DNA from: a bacterium
GTDB lineage: Bacteria; Margulisbacteria; Marinamargulisbacteria; CANKTL01
Length of the DNA stretch: 42,935 bases
Reading direction: 5' to 3'
Assembly (NCBI GenBank): GCA_947486405.1
Contig: CANKTL010000002.1
Location: 1 to 42,935, forward strand
The position numbers were made by a program, and so were the translations under genes. Every line of letters begins with the position of its first letter. Position 1 is the first letter of the stretch. Of this stretch, positions 9,194 to 18,456 are shown piece by piece. The notes beneath the pieces were generated by a model. It did no database searches and was not told the DNA's origin. It worked only from the letters and a program-made list of their open reading frames with translations.

Positions 9194-9940
9194 TTATTGG
9201 CGAACAAATTCAATAATGACGGTTGCAATATAGGTGCCCGGAAACTTCGGCCACGAAAATGCGCCTCGGATATACACGTCCATCGTATCTTTACTCACCA
9301 ACGAGTAGTCGATCAATTTTTGCTTACCCGCTGTAATTCGTGCCAGGTCATTTCGATTATCATTAAATGCAGGGCTAGCATCTGTGATCCACACCCATGG
9401 GGCTGAGGCGTTGGTTGTAACTACTGCCTCGTTGTTCATTGCGACCCAAGCCCGAATTGGTACTGTTGTTAGGTAGGCATTTGGATGAGTCAACAATGAA
9501 TCTTTGCGCGTATTAAGCGGGGTATTGTCTCCCACGTGGATCAAACCAGAAATATTGGTGGTGCTCACCAACTGGTTAGTATCCACATCAGCGAAATAGC
9601 CTTGTGCAGAATGGTTGGTATAAATTAGCAAATCACCTGGCAAGTTATTTTTAAATGTCATCGTTACTTTAACCGAACCGGTTACCTGCCACGGGTCGTT
9701 TGCGAATGCTACGGCATTGGGGGTCGAGGTGGTGCCAGCTGCCGTTCCCGGAATAAAGGTTCGTGCTGGATCAAGGGCAACAGTACCGAAACTAGCCGTC
9801 CCGCCGGATGTTAGGGAAATGTCGTTAACAGTCGCCACGATCGCAGTAATCGTAATCGGGTTGGAATCAGTGGCCCAAGCAGCTCCAGTGGCCGAAACCA
9901 TCATCATCACGCCCGCCAATATCAATTTTTTAATTTTCAT
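9194..9940 (-). CDS. Secreted protein of unknown function (fimbrial-subunit-like or WxL-like beta-rich)
   Basis: Signal peptide MKIKKLILAGVMMMVSATGAAWA. Thr/Ala/Asn-rich and beta-rich. Alternative starts at ATG 9961 and GTG 9964. Confidence 0.55.
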   Translation of the reverse strand: MKIKKLILAGVMMMVSATGAAWATDSNPITITAIVATVNDISLTSGGTASFGTVALDPARTFIPGTAAGTTSTPNAVAFANDPWQVTGSVKVTMTFKNNLPGDLLIYTNHSAQGYFADVDTNQLVSTTNISGLIHVGDNTPLNTRKDSLLTHPNAYLTTVPIRAWVAMNNEAVVTTNASAPWVWITDASPAFNDNRNDLARITAGKQKLIDYSLVSKDTMDVYIRGAFSWPKFPGTYIATVIIEFVRQ

Positions 9941-10095
9941 AACTGATCCAAATCCTTTCATCACTACGAGGGTTCAATACGCACATAACGCGCTCATTTT
10001 CTTCTATCTTACTTAATTATCGAAATTTAAGAAACAAAATTTCACAGAATCTCGACGCCGATCCCGTTTATATGTTATGAATTATAGCTCTTCCT

Positions 10096-10177
10096 GCGCG
10101 GGTGGCGAAATTGGTAGACGCATCAGACTTAGGATCTGACGCCGCAAGGTATGGGGGTTCAAGTCCCTTCCCGCGCA
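10096..10177 (+). tRNA. tRNA-Leu (anticodon TAG), type II with a long variable arm; no encoded CCA
   Basis: Acceptor GCGCGGG/CCCGCGC is a perfect 7 bp stem. Anticodon stem TCAGA/TCTGA with loop CTTAGGA. T-loop TTCAAGT. Discriminator A. Confidence 0.9.
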
Positions 10178-10193
10178 GAATATAAATGGTTGG

Positions 10194-10508
10194 TTAAAAC
10201 CGAGGCCGATTCCATTCTTTTTCTACTGAAAAGCCTTCGTATTCTTTACCGCCGTAGCATTTTATAAATAAGTTGCCTTTGGCGATATCTGCCGCGTCTA
10301 TGATGTCATCGTCCATGTCTTTGATTAGGCGGTCGAGTTGGGCGTTGTCGAGTTTGGCGAACATTAACAGGGTGACGTAGACCTCGCCGCTGAGTTTGTA
10401 ATGAAGATCGGCGGTGCCGACTTTTTCGGTGTCTGAGAGCGACAGGATGTTGAAACGCTCGGAACTTGCCGTGCGTAATTCTCGTGCAAAATAAAAGAGT
10501 TTTTCCAT
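10194..10508 (-). CDS. Hypothetical small protein (104 aa)
   Basis: Clean ORF filling the gap between tRNA-Leu and the divergent 10535 gene. No motif recognised. Confidence 0.4.
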   Translation of the reverse strand: MEKLFYFARELRTASSERFNILSLSDTEKVGTADLHYKLSGEVYVTLLMFAKLDNAQLDRLIKDMDDDIIDAADIAKGNLFIKCYGGKEYEGFSVEKEWNRPRF

Positions 10509-10534
10509 TTACTGTAATGGTAGCATGATGAATT

Positions 10535-10894
10535 ATGGAGATCTTAATTATTCACCAGAAACTTCGCACGACTGATACCTTGCAGTCTCGGCTCACCCAG
10601 ATGGGCCATACCTGCTACATTCTCGATTCCGCCGAAATCCTTTTAACTGACCCTATTTTATATCCCTGTGACATCGTAATGATTGAAATGGACCAGCTAC
10701 CGTCTTTGAGTTACGCATTAAGCAAAACACTCTTCAAACCCTATATTATTGGCGTGTCAGACAAGCCCAATCCCGAGCTCATCATGCTGGCCGCCGCTAG
10801 TAACGTCAGCGATATTCTGCAAGCTCCCTACCCTGAAGAAGAAGTTTCCGAAGCGTTGACCAAGGCGAAAACCACTATTACCCACAAACGCTAA
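10535..10894 (+). CDS. Stand-alone receiver-like domain with degenerate phospho-acceptor pocket residues (pseudo-receiver)
   Basis: The (beta-alpha)5 spacing is kept: ILIIHQK..DIVMIEMD..YIIGVSD..VSDILQAPY. HQ replaces the DD acidic pair, and the conserved Lys before the final Pro is missing. Confidence 0.5.
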   Translation: MEILIIHQKLRTTDTLQSRLTQMGHTCYILDSAEILLTDPILYPCDIVMIEMDQLPSLSYALSKTLFKPYIIGVSDKPNPELIMLAAASNVSDILQAPYPEEEVSEALTKAKTTITHKR

Positions 10895-10950
10895 TCCCAA
10901 TTGACGGACGCCCAACCACCTGAATATAATGTCGGCTTCGCTGCCAATTT

Positions 10951-11026
10951 GCGGGATTAGCTCAGTTGGTAGAGCGTCTGCTTGCCATGCAGAAGGTCGC
11001 CAGTTCGAACCTGGTATCCCGCTCCA
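10951..11026 (+). tRNA. tRNA-Gly (anticodon GCC) with encoded CCA
   Basis: GCGGGAT..ATCCCGC acceptor, D-arm GCTCAGTTGGTAGAGC, anticodon loop TTGCCAT, T-arm GCCAGTTCGAACCTGGT, discriminator T then CCA. Confidence 0.92.
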
Positions 11027-11051
11027 TCTATTTGTAAGGACATTTCTTATT

Positions 11052-12335
11052 ATGAAAGTTTTAAAAAACAAACGAAATAATTTTACCGTTGACCTTGAAA
11101 TTGAAGTAAGTCAACCAGAATTCAATGCGGCGATGGATATCGCATTTAAAAAAGTGGTCAAAAAGGCCAAAATTCCGGGATTTCGACCTGGAAAAGCCAC
11201 GCGCGCCGTATATGAGCGCTATTATGGACCCGGCCCGATTATTTCAGAGGCCGTGATTGAAGCGGTTAATACGGCTTATCAACTGGCGATTAAGGAATTG
11301 GACCTGTTTGTCGTGGACCAACCACGAAATGTGGATATTTCCGAATATAAAGAAAACGAACCGATTATATTTAGCTGCCAAGTAGACACAAAACCTGAAG
11401 TAAAATTGGGCAAATATAAAGGGGTGAAGGTCTCGAAAGAAGACAACGCGATCACTGAACAGGCGATCGATGATGCCGCCCGCCATTTGCAAGATAAGCA
11501 CGCCGAATTTGCGGAAATTGACGGTCCTATTGCGACCGATCAATTGATTCGCTTCACTATGATAGCCAAAATCGACGGCGAAATTCTTGAGGATTGGACC
11601 CGCGAAAACACCAGCATCCGAGTGGGTGCGAAGCAATTTGGTGATGACTTTGATCGTGCCTTGATTGGTCTGTCTAAAAATGACCGCAAACAATTTCAGG
11701 TGAGCTATGACGCCGATTATGCCGATGCGACCGTCGCCGGTAAAACGGTTGAATTTGACATCGAAATTTCAGAAATCCGGGACAAAGTACGTCCCGAATT
11801 TAACGATGATTTCGTGGTTAAGAATTCCACCTATTCTTCAGTCGCCGATTTTCGCGCAAAAACACGTGTTGAGCTTGAGGAAGCGGCCAAAGAGCAGGCT
11901 GAGCAAAAGATAAACACCGCTGTGATTGAAGCCGTGGTCGCAGAGTCGAAAGTGGACATTCCTGCCGGTATGATCCAACGTGAAATTGATTATTCGATTT
12001 ACCAATTTGATCAAAACTTGCGCCGCTCACGATTGAATCTGGAGTACTACCTCAAATTAACGCAAAAAACGATGGACGATGTCCGCCAAGATTTTGCGGA
12101 ATCGGCTGAGAAAAAAGTGCGGGCGGATTTGGTTCTTGAAGCCGTTAGCGAAACTGAAAAAATCGAAGCCCTAGAAACTGATATTGAGGCTGAAATTCAA
12201 AAATGGAATTTACCTGAAGGTCAAACATTAGCCACCTTGAAAGAAAATCCAAATTTCAATTTTGAGCAACTGCGTTCTGGTATTTTGGAACAAAAAACAG
12301 TGGCGTTTTTGAAAGAACACGCTAAGATTTCATAA
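11052..12335 (+). CDS. tig: Trigger factor
   Basis: MKVLKNK..; ribosome-binding signature GFRPGKATR; length and acidic C-terminal arm are typical. The ATG at 11052 is the first start downstream of tRNA-Gly. Confidence 0.9.
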   Translation: MKVLKNKRNNFTVDLEIEVSQPEFNAAMDIAFKKVVKKAKIPGFRPGKATRAVYERYYGPGPIISEAVIEAVNTAYQLAIKELDLFVVDQPRNVDISEYKENEPIIFSCQVDTKPEVKLGKYKGVKVSKEDNAITEQAIDDAARHLQDKHAEFAEIDGPIATDQLIRFTMIAKIDGEILEDWTRENTSIRVGAKQFGDDFDRALIGLSKNDRKQFQVSYDADYADATVAGKTVEFDIEISEIRDKVRPEFNDDFVVKNSTYSSVADFRAKTRVELEEAAKEQAEQKINTAVIEAVVAESKVDIPAGMIQREIDYSIYQFDQNLRRSRLNLEYYLKLTQKTMDDVRQDFAESAEKKVRADLVLEAVSETEKIEALETDIEAEIQKWNLPEGQTLATLKENPNFNFEQLRSGILEQKTVAFLKEHAKIS

Positions 12336-12367
12336 GTAGCATCGATTTGTTCTGAAAGGGGAACGTT

Positions 12368-13006
12368 ATGTCACTGATTCCAATGGTTATTGAACAAACT
12401 GGCCGCGGGGAGCGCTCGTTTGATATTTACTCTCGCTTATTAAAAGAGCGCATCATCTTCATTACGGATGAAATTGAAGATCATATGGCCAATACGGTTA
12501 TTGCCCAGCTTTTGTTTTTAGAAGCTGAAAACAGCGAAAAAGATATTCATATGTATATCAATAGCCCGGGCGGTGTTGTCACTGCGGGACTGGCGATTTA
12601 CGACACCATGCAGCACATCAAGGCAGACGTTTCGACCATTTGCTTGGGTCAAGCCGCTTCGATGGGTGCCTTGCTATTGGCATCTGGACACGCCGGCAAA
12701 CGGTTTTCATTGCCCAACTCGCGGATTATGATTCACCAACCACTGGGCGGTGCACGGGGTCAGGCCACTGATATCGAAATTCAGACCAAAGAAATTTTAC
12801 GTATCAAACATATTATCGAAGATATTTTAGTGCACCATACTGGCCAAGACCGTAGCCGCGTGGAAAAAGACACCAATCGAGATTACTTTTTGAGTGCCGA
12901 AGAAGCCCTGAAATATGGATTAATCGATAAAATTATCGAGCCTAGAATAGGCGTAAAAGGCAAACTGGACAAAACACCAGCAAAAAAATCGGCTAAAAAG
13001 AAATAA
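12368..13006 (+). CDS. clpP: ATP-dependent Clp protease proteolytic subunit
   Basis: Catalytic Ser in GQAASMG, His in IMIHQP, Asp in TNRDYF. It has an extra Lys-rich C-terminal tail, [18 protein letters not shown]. Confidence 0.93.
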   Translation: MSLIPMVIEQTGRGERSFDIYSRLLKERIIFITDEIEDHMANTVIAQLLFLEAENSEKDIHMYINSPGGVVTAGLAIYDTMQHIKADVSTICLGQAASMGALLLASGHAGKRFSLPNSRIMIHQPLGGARGQATDIEIQTKEILRIKHIIEDILVHHTGQDRSRVEKDTNRDYFLSAEEALKYGLIDKIIEPRIGVKGKLDKTPAKKSAKKK

Positions 13007-14313
13007 TGTCTGAACTGCCCCCATCCGGCGTGGTCGCCTGCTCGTTTTGTGGTAAACACCAAAGCCAGGTTAAACGGCTGATTGCGGGGCCTGCCGGGAA
13101 TTATATCTGTAACGAGTGTGTCGAAGTATGTCGCTCCTTGGTGGGTGATGCCCCTGCAGATGGCCTTGCCGAGGCCCCCGGTTTGAGCGTGGAAGAAGCG
13201 CCTAGCGCCGACTCTAGCGAGCCGGTAAACGTGCACTCGCCTCGGCAGATTTTTGATTGGCTCGACAACTATATCATTGGGCAAGAGCACGCCAAACGAA
13301 TCGTCTCGGTGGCCGTGTACAACCATTTTAAACGGGTCACTAATCCCGGTGACTTGGAGGACGATACTGAAATTCAGAAAAGCAATATTTTGCTGGTGGG
13401 GCCGACCGGCACCGGCAAAACACTGTTTGCACAGTCCCTGGCCAAATTACTAAATATTCCGTTTACCATTGCCGACGCCACCACCCTGACCGAATCCGGT
13501 TACGTGGGTGAAGATGTGGAGAGCATGCTGTTTCGCCTGGTTCAGGTGGCCAATAATGATGTTGAGCGCGCCGAAATCGGAATCGTATATGTGGATGAAA
13601 TTGATAAAATTTCGCGAAAGTCTGAAAACCCTTCCATTACCCGGGATGTCTCCGGTGAAGGTGTTCAGCAGGCGCTCTTAAAAATGTTGGAAGGCACCAA
13701 GGTAAATGTACCCGTGGGCGGTGGACGAAAACATCCGCAGCAGCAATTTATTACGATTGATACCAGCAACATTTTGTTTATCTGCGGTGGCGCGTTTCAC
13801 GGTGTGGAAAGCATTATTGAAAAGCGGATGCATCAAGCCCCCATTGGGTTTCATTCCGAAGAAACTGAGACCAAGGAAGAACGGAATAAAACCTTATTTA
13901 AGCACCTGCAATCCGAGGATTTGCTGAAATTTGGGATCATTCCGGAATTGATTGGACGATTGCCTGTTATTGCGCCGCTGAATCCATTGGATCAAGCCGA
14001 CATGGTTCGTATTTTAAAAGAGCCCAAGAATGCTCTCACCCGCCAATTTCAAAAATTGATGAAAATGGACAATATTACGCTCACATTTGAAGATGGTGCA
14101 CTAGAAAAAATTGCAAAAATTGCCATTAAGCGAAAAGTGGGCGCGCGGGCTTTGCGCTCGATTGTGGAAAGTTTAATGTTGGACACCATGTTCACTGCCC
14201 CGGGTGGCGACATAAAAAGTGTAACCGTCTCAGAAGAAATGGTTAATACGTATATTCGCGCCGAATTGCCAAAACCGTTACAGGTTGAGTTACTGGGTGA
14301 TATCGCGCTTTAG
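13006..14313 (+). CDS. clpX: ATP-dependent Clp protease ATP-binding subunit ClpX
   Basis: Zinc-binding CSFCGK..CNEC, Walker A GPTGTGKT, Walker B VYVDEIDK. The ATG overlaps the clpP TAA (TAATG). Confidence 0.93.
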   Translation: MSELPPSGVVACSFCGKHQSQVKRLIAGPAGNYICNECVEVCRSLVGDAPADGLAEAPGLSVEEAPSADSSEPVNVHSPRQIFDWLDNYIIGQEHAKRIVSVAVYNHFKRVTNPGDLEDDTEIQKSNILLVGPTGTGKTLFAQSLAKLLNIPFTIADATTLTESGYVGEDVESMLFRLVQVANNDVERAEIGIVYVDEIDKISRKSENPSITRDVSGEGVQQALLKMLEGTKVNVPVGGGRKHPQQQFITIDTSNILFICGGAFHGVESIIEKRMHQAPIGFHSEETETKEERNKTLFKHLQSEDLLKFGIIPELIGRLPVIAPLNPLDQADMVRILKEPKNALTRQFQKLMKMDNITLTFEDGALEKIAKIAIKRKVGARALRSIVESLMLDTMFTAPGGDIKSVTVSEEMVNTYIRAELPKPLQVELLGDIAL

Positions 14314-17017
14314 TCGCTGCACGCGCCGGACCCTGGCCTTGGCCCTTTTGGGATGTTTGAGTTTGGTAAACCCCGTGCATGCCGATGCCTACGAGTGGCA
14401 ACGCATTGAAATTCCCCATTTCACCATTTATTTCACGCCTAAATCGAAGGCTTATGCCAATCAGGTTGCGGTTGCGGCGCCGGGCGTTTATCAGAAGATA
14501 AGTCAATTTTTTGACGTTCAGCCCGATCATTGTTCCATTGTAATTTGGCCCAATCAGGACGAGTTTAATGGCGGGTTTTCAAGCTTGCCGGATCGAATTG
14601 ATTTATATGACACGATTCAAACCGACTACGAGACCCACGGCATTGCGGCACACAATGTAATTGAGGACGTTTTGACCCATGAATATACGCATTTTGTACA
14701 CATGAGTATCGTGCTCCCGGAATACCGGATTCTGATTCCGTTTTATGGCGACGCTTTTTTGTCCTTCAATCGGATGGCCCCGTATTGGTTCATTGAAGGG
14801 CTAGCCGTATTTATGGAAAGTTATCAAACCGCGAGTGGCCGGGGAAATAGTGCTAGTTTTCACAGTGATTATCTCCAACATTCGGCCGTTCATCCCTACA
14901 ATTACTGGCAGGCCTCGGTTCAAACCCCCAGCCAACTTCCGCTGTCTCGGGGCTACGAATATGGTTATCATTTTGTGGCTTATATTCATCAAAAATATGG
15001 CAAGGCGGCGGTGGTGAATCTGGCGAAATCATATGATCCACTAAAATATTTTTTCCGGTTTTCCGCGGCCATCGAATCCGCAACAAAGACCCCTTTTGAG
15101 CAAGTCGTGGCAGAATTCGAGGCCCAACGTCACCTCCCCAAATTGTCACTGGCACCGGGTAGCCGAAGCCTGTTTGCCGCTGGCGGGGACCCTATTTTGG
15201 GTTACGCTTGGGAAGGGTCCACGCTGTGGATTGCCAAGGGAACCGGAAAAACGCTGGCAGAATGGGTAGCGATCGATTCTCAAACCAGTACCAAACAGCG
15301 ATATCCCATGCAGCGCCTGGGTGGCCTGTCCCCGGTGGTACCGATTCAAAACCGGCTGTGGCTGGCCGCGCGGCACCCGAACACCGATGGCCGTGAAACC
15401 TATTCCAATCTGTTTTCAGTTTCCCCCACAACCAATGAGTGGCGACAAGAAACCCACGGCGGGCATTTGTTTGATTTTGATTTTTCTAAAGTGGCAAATA
15501 CCTTGGTAGCGGTCAAAAATGACGGAATTCGCAGTGCCCTAGTTCAGATCACCCCGGGCGCGGAAAGCGAAGTGGAGTTAATTAGCACAACCAATGTCAC
15601 ATTTTATGCCCCCCGATTTTCAGCCGATGGCCAAAAACTCGTATTTTCGGCCCACCGGAATGGGCAATTAAACGCACTTCTCTTTGATATGAAATCTAAA
15701 ACTCTCTCGTCTGACTTTTCAGATATTCCAATGAACGTACGCTCCCCTGCCCTCCACCCCAGTGAAAAATGGCTGCTGTTTTTGGGCGATGCCTCCCAGC
15801 AATGGCAAATTTACGCTCAAAACATCCAAACACGACGATTTATTCAGCTCACCCAAAATACTGCGCTTGGGGTTGAATCCCCCCAATGGAGTCCCTCAGG
15901 CGACGATATTAGTTACATCGACCACCTTGCCGACGGTGACCATGTGACCGTAATGCCATTTAACCCAACGACCGCGACCGCCGTCACCCCTACCCGTCGT
16001 GTGCCCCCCGCCTCGCTGCTGTCCCGAGAATCCGCCTATCCCGAGGTCTCTTTCCCCGTTCAGCCTGGCATCCCACTCAGTGCCTACACCCCCTATCACA
16101 TCGGCTATGTTCCCAATCCGCTGGCCTCGATACGCGCTTCCAATCTAGGCCCACACATTGGGGTACTCGGTGCCTCACCCACCGTAGAAACCCGCTATTT
16201 CGCGGGCGTGGGAATCGGCTACTCTACCAGCAGCGTTTATCCCAGTATCACGGGCGGCATCACCAATCGGTCACTGGGCCCTGAGTGGGGGACTTATGTG
16301 TCCCATGTGGGGCAATTCGGTAATGCTGCATATACCCAGGACATTTGGGGCATATTTTCATCATTCGAACTATTTCACCGGACATTTCCCACCATTCAGG
16401 CGTCAACGATTGACCTGGGACTGGATCTGCAAACCACGCGCTACAACGGCACGGCATCGATTGATAATATTGTCTCCCTCTCGCATCGGTTTATGGACGC
16501 GTACTCAGCCCCCAAAACCAGTGCATTTTTAAGTCTGGGGTATCAACTGCAAACTCAGTTTGCTGCCAGCATCACCAAAACACCCACGCCGTTTCAGGCG
16601 AGCCTATTAATGAAACAAATTATTCCATTTGAAACGGGGAACACGGGACTGGTGGGTGTTTATGGCGGCTCCTATTCCTACGCACCCGCTCTACTTCCGC
16701 ACCCGCGCGTGTTAACCCGCGACTACTTCTATCTCGCCCCCCAATGGGTGATCAGTGGGTCGTTGGCGTATTGGCAACCTGTAGGCGACCAAGACCGCCC
16801 GCTGATTCAGGGAATACCCGGTTACATTTGGAAGAGCAAATGGGGATTCTTTGCCGACGCCACCATTAATTATCCAGGAAATCTGGTGGGTGCTTCATAT
16901 GCGCTGGATATGGTCGTTTTTGGGTTACCATTACCCTTGCAATTCGACGCCGGGTTGAATATTTCCAAAGGTGGTACACCCATTTTTCTGATTCACGCCG
17001 ATTCCACCCTGCTCTAA
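14285..17017 (+). CDS. Secreted multidomain protein: MA-clan zinc-peptidase-like domain, TolB/PD40-like beta-propeller repeats, C-terminal beta-rich (possibly barrel) region
   Basis: Signal peptide ..[22 protein letters not shown] (HExxH) followed by [12 protein letters not shown], as in Peptidase_MA_2-type proteins. PD40-like repeats ([19 protein letters not shown]; [16 protein letters not shown]; [14 protein letters not shown]). It overlaps the clpX end by 29 nt. Confidence 0.65.
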   Translation: MSYWVISRFSRCTRRTLALALLGCLSLVNPVHADAYEWQRIEIPHFTIYFTPKSKAYANQVAVAAPGVYQKISQFFDVQPDHCSIVIWPNQDEFNGGFSSLPDRIDLYDTIQTDYETHGIAAHNVIEDVLTHEYTHFVHMSIVLPEYRILIPFYGDAFLSFNRMAPYWFIEGLAVFMESYQTASGRGNSASFHSDYLQHSAVHPYNYWQASVQTPSQLPLSRGYEYGYHFVAYIHQKYGKAAVVNLAKSYDPLKYFFRFSAAIESATKTPFEQVVAEFEAQRHLPKLSLAPGSRSLFAAGGDPILGYAWEGSTLWIAKGTGKTLAEWVAIDSQTSTKQRYPMQRLGGLSPVVPIQNRLWLAARHPNTDGRETYSNLFSVSPTTNEWRQETHGGHLFDFDFSKVANTLVAVKNDGIRSALVQITPGAESEVELISTTNVTFYAPRFSADGQKLVFSAHRNGQLNALLFDMKSKTLSSDFSDIPMNVRSPALHPSEKWLLFLGDASQQWQIYAQNIQTRRFIQLTQNTALGVESPQWSPSGDDISYIDHLADGDHVTVMPFNPTTATAVTPTRRVPPASLLSRESAYPEVSFPVQPGIPLSAYTPYHIGYVPNPLASIRASNLGPHIGVLGASPTVETRYFAGVGIGYSTSSVYPSITGGITNRSLGPEWGTYVSHVGQFGNAAYTQDIWGIFSSFELFHRTFPTIQASTIDLGLDLQTTRYNGTASIDNIVSLSHRFMDAYSAPKTSAFLSLGYQLQTQFAASITKTPTPFQASLLMKQIIPFETGNTGLVGVYGGSYSYAPALLPHPRVLTRDYFYLAPQWVISGSLAYWQPVGDQDRPLIQGIPGYIWKSKWGFFADATINYPGNLVGASYALDMVVFGLPLPLQFDAGLNISKGGTPIFLIHADSTLL

Positions 17018-17653
17018 GGCCGCCGTCAGAGCGCCTTCAAATTGCTGGCCGATTTCAACGGCTCTAGGTGGGGTGATTAGCCCATGGCTCAAATACGGAT
17101 GCCATTCGGTGTCTAATTTAAAATCCCGGTGATTGTCATTCAGATGAAAAATCCCTTGCACAATAAAATGGTGGCGCATTTTTCGAAGGGTCAGTGCCAC
17201 TATTTTTTCGGAACCCACTGCTATTTCATAGGGACTTTGATAGGTATGGCAGAACGCCCGATTTTGGAATGCCGGGTCAGTGGTTGTGGGAAGCGGGCGA
17301 AAACCAGCTTGCGTCAACGCCTGTTGGGCCGCCTTTGAAATTAGGCAGAGCTTGGCCTTCAGCCCCGTCCCCCAGCGCAAATCAGTCAAAGATCCCACCA
17401 GGCCAAATACAAGGTCTCCTGGCGAATGAAAGAGCAGCCCACCCCCAGTAATGCGTCCAGAGGCATCAAATTGGTCCAAGGCAGCTGGAATATCCGTTTG
17501 ACGATGGCTTATCGTTATTCCAGGCTTTTGCCACTCGTACCAGCGTAAAACGGTCGTGTCGGCAGCCTGGGACAGCAGGTGCTCGTCATAGCGCATATTC
17601 TCAGCGGCAGTATCGAAGTACGCGGAGTCACTTAAAAAATGAGGATTTGGCAT
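16931..17653 (-). CDS. Biotin/lipoate A/B protein ligase family protein (LplA/LipB/LipM-like)
   Basis: GGGLLFHSPGDLVF and GSEKIVALTLRKMRHHFIVQGIFHL match the BPL/LPL catalytic-domain pattern, including the catalytic-Lys context. Its 3' end overlaps the convergent 14285-17017 gene by 87 nt. Confidence 0.6.
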   Translation of the reverse strand: MPNPHFLSDSAYFDTAAENMRYDEHLLSQAADTTVLRWYEWQKPGITISHRQTDIPAALDQFDASGRITGGGLLFHSPGDLVFGLVGSLTDLRWGTGLKAKLCLISKAAQQALTQAGFRPLPTTTDPAFQNRAFCHTYQSPYEIAVGSEKIVALTLRKMRHHFIVQGIFHLNDNHRDFKLDTEWHPYLSHGLITPPRAVEIGQQFEGALTAALEQGGIGVNQKNGCTTFGNIQPGVELQG

Positions 17654-17693
17654 TTCAGTAGTTTACCGACAGCCTCGAAGTCCGGCCAGCCGC

Positions 17694-18380
17694 TTATTTG
17701 GTAATCGAGATGACCCGCAAGCCGCGCTTTTTGGCCGATACTAGCGCCGACAGAAAGCCGCGAGGTCCGGGAATGGATTGCATAATATCACTGGCTTTTT
17801 TGTGGTACTTTCGAATCGTGGGTAACGGTGTCAAATCCGCCATGCCCGATTTAAATCGATGCAATGGTGACGCTTCGATGCCGGATTTGAAGTGACTTAA
17901 ATCAATTCCAGGCGCCAAATCAAATTGAACACCCGCAAGATCAGCCCCACTCATCTCGATCAATTCAAATAACTGGGCCAACTTTACTTCCAACATTTTG
18001 GGGGAATGAACTGGACCTTTGGACTTAATTTCAGCCAAAATCGCCACCACATCCAGCTGGAGACGCAGGTAAATCTGCACGACATGCTTCAATTTGGTCA
18101 CCTGAGCAATGATTTCCGGGCGATCACCGATTCCCAACAACGCAATGATCTCCAACAAGCGATAAATCTTAGCAATCGCTATTTCCGAGGACAGCCCTTT
18201 ACCCCGAATTTCACTCAACAACGCCAAAATCATGCCAATAACTGACGCTATCAACACTTCACGCTTTTGCTGTCGTACCGCCTCTACCTGACTGGCCACG
18301 GACGCTTGGTACAACGTCATTATCTGCGCAATGCGATTAACATCAGGAGATGGATTAGGAATGATGCGTTCGACGGTCAT
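17694..18380 (-). CDS. Hypothetical all-helical protein (228 aa)
   Basis: Clean ORF downstream of the PorV-like gene on the same strand. Short internal repeat HFKSGIEAS / RFKSGMADL. No family recognised. Confidence 0.45.
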   Translation of the reverse strand: MTVERIIPNPSPDVNRIAQIMTLYQASVASQVEAVRQQKREVLIASVIGMILALLSEIRGKGLSSEIAIAKIYRLLEIIALLGIGDRPEIIAQVTKLKHVVQIYLRLQLDVVAILAEIKSKGPVHSPKMLEVKLAQLFELIEMSGADLAGVQFDLAPGIDLSHFKSGIEASPLHRFKSGMADLTPLPTIRKYHKKASDIMQSIPGPRGFLSALVSAKKRGLRVISITK

Positions 18381-18456
18381 AAGAATAGATGCCCATTCTT
18401 ATTTTAGACTAAACATTCGCACTAAATTTTTGGCTTTTTCTAGGAAAGCAACGGTG

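Noticed and set aside
10929-11051. N-terminal extension of the trigger-factor ORF (MSASLPICGISSVGRA..)
   Set aside because: This part of the ORF is simply the translation of tRNA-Gly (10951-11026). The conserved trigger-factor N-terminus starts at ATG 11052.
10757-11071. 104 aa minus-strand ORF
   Set aside because: It runs antisense across tRNA-Gly and across the ends of two well-supported genes, and it has no motif. I treat it as a frame artefact.
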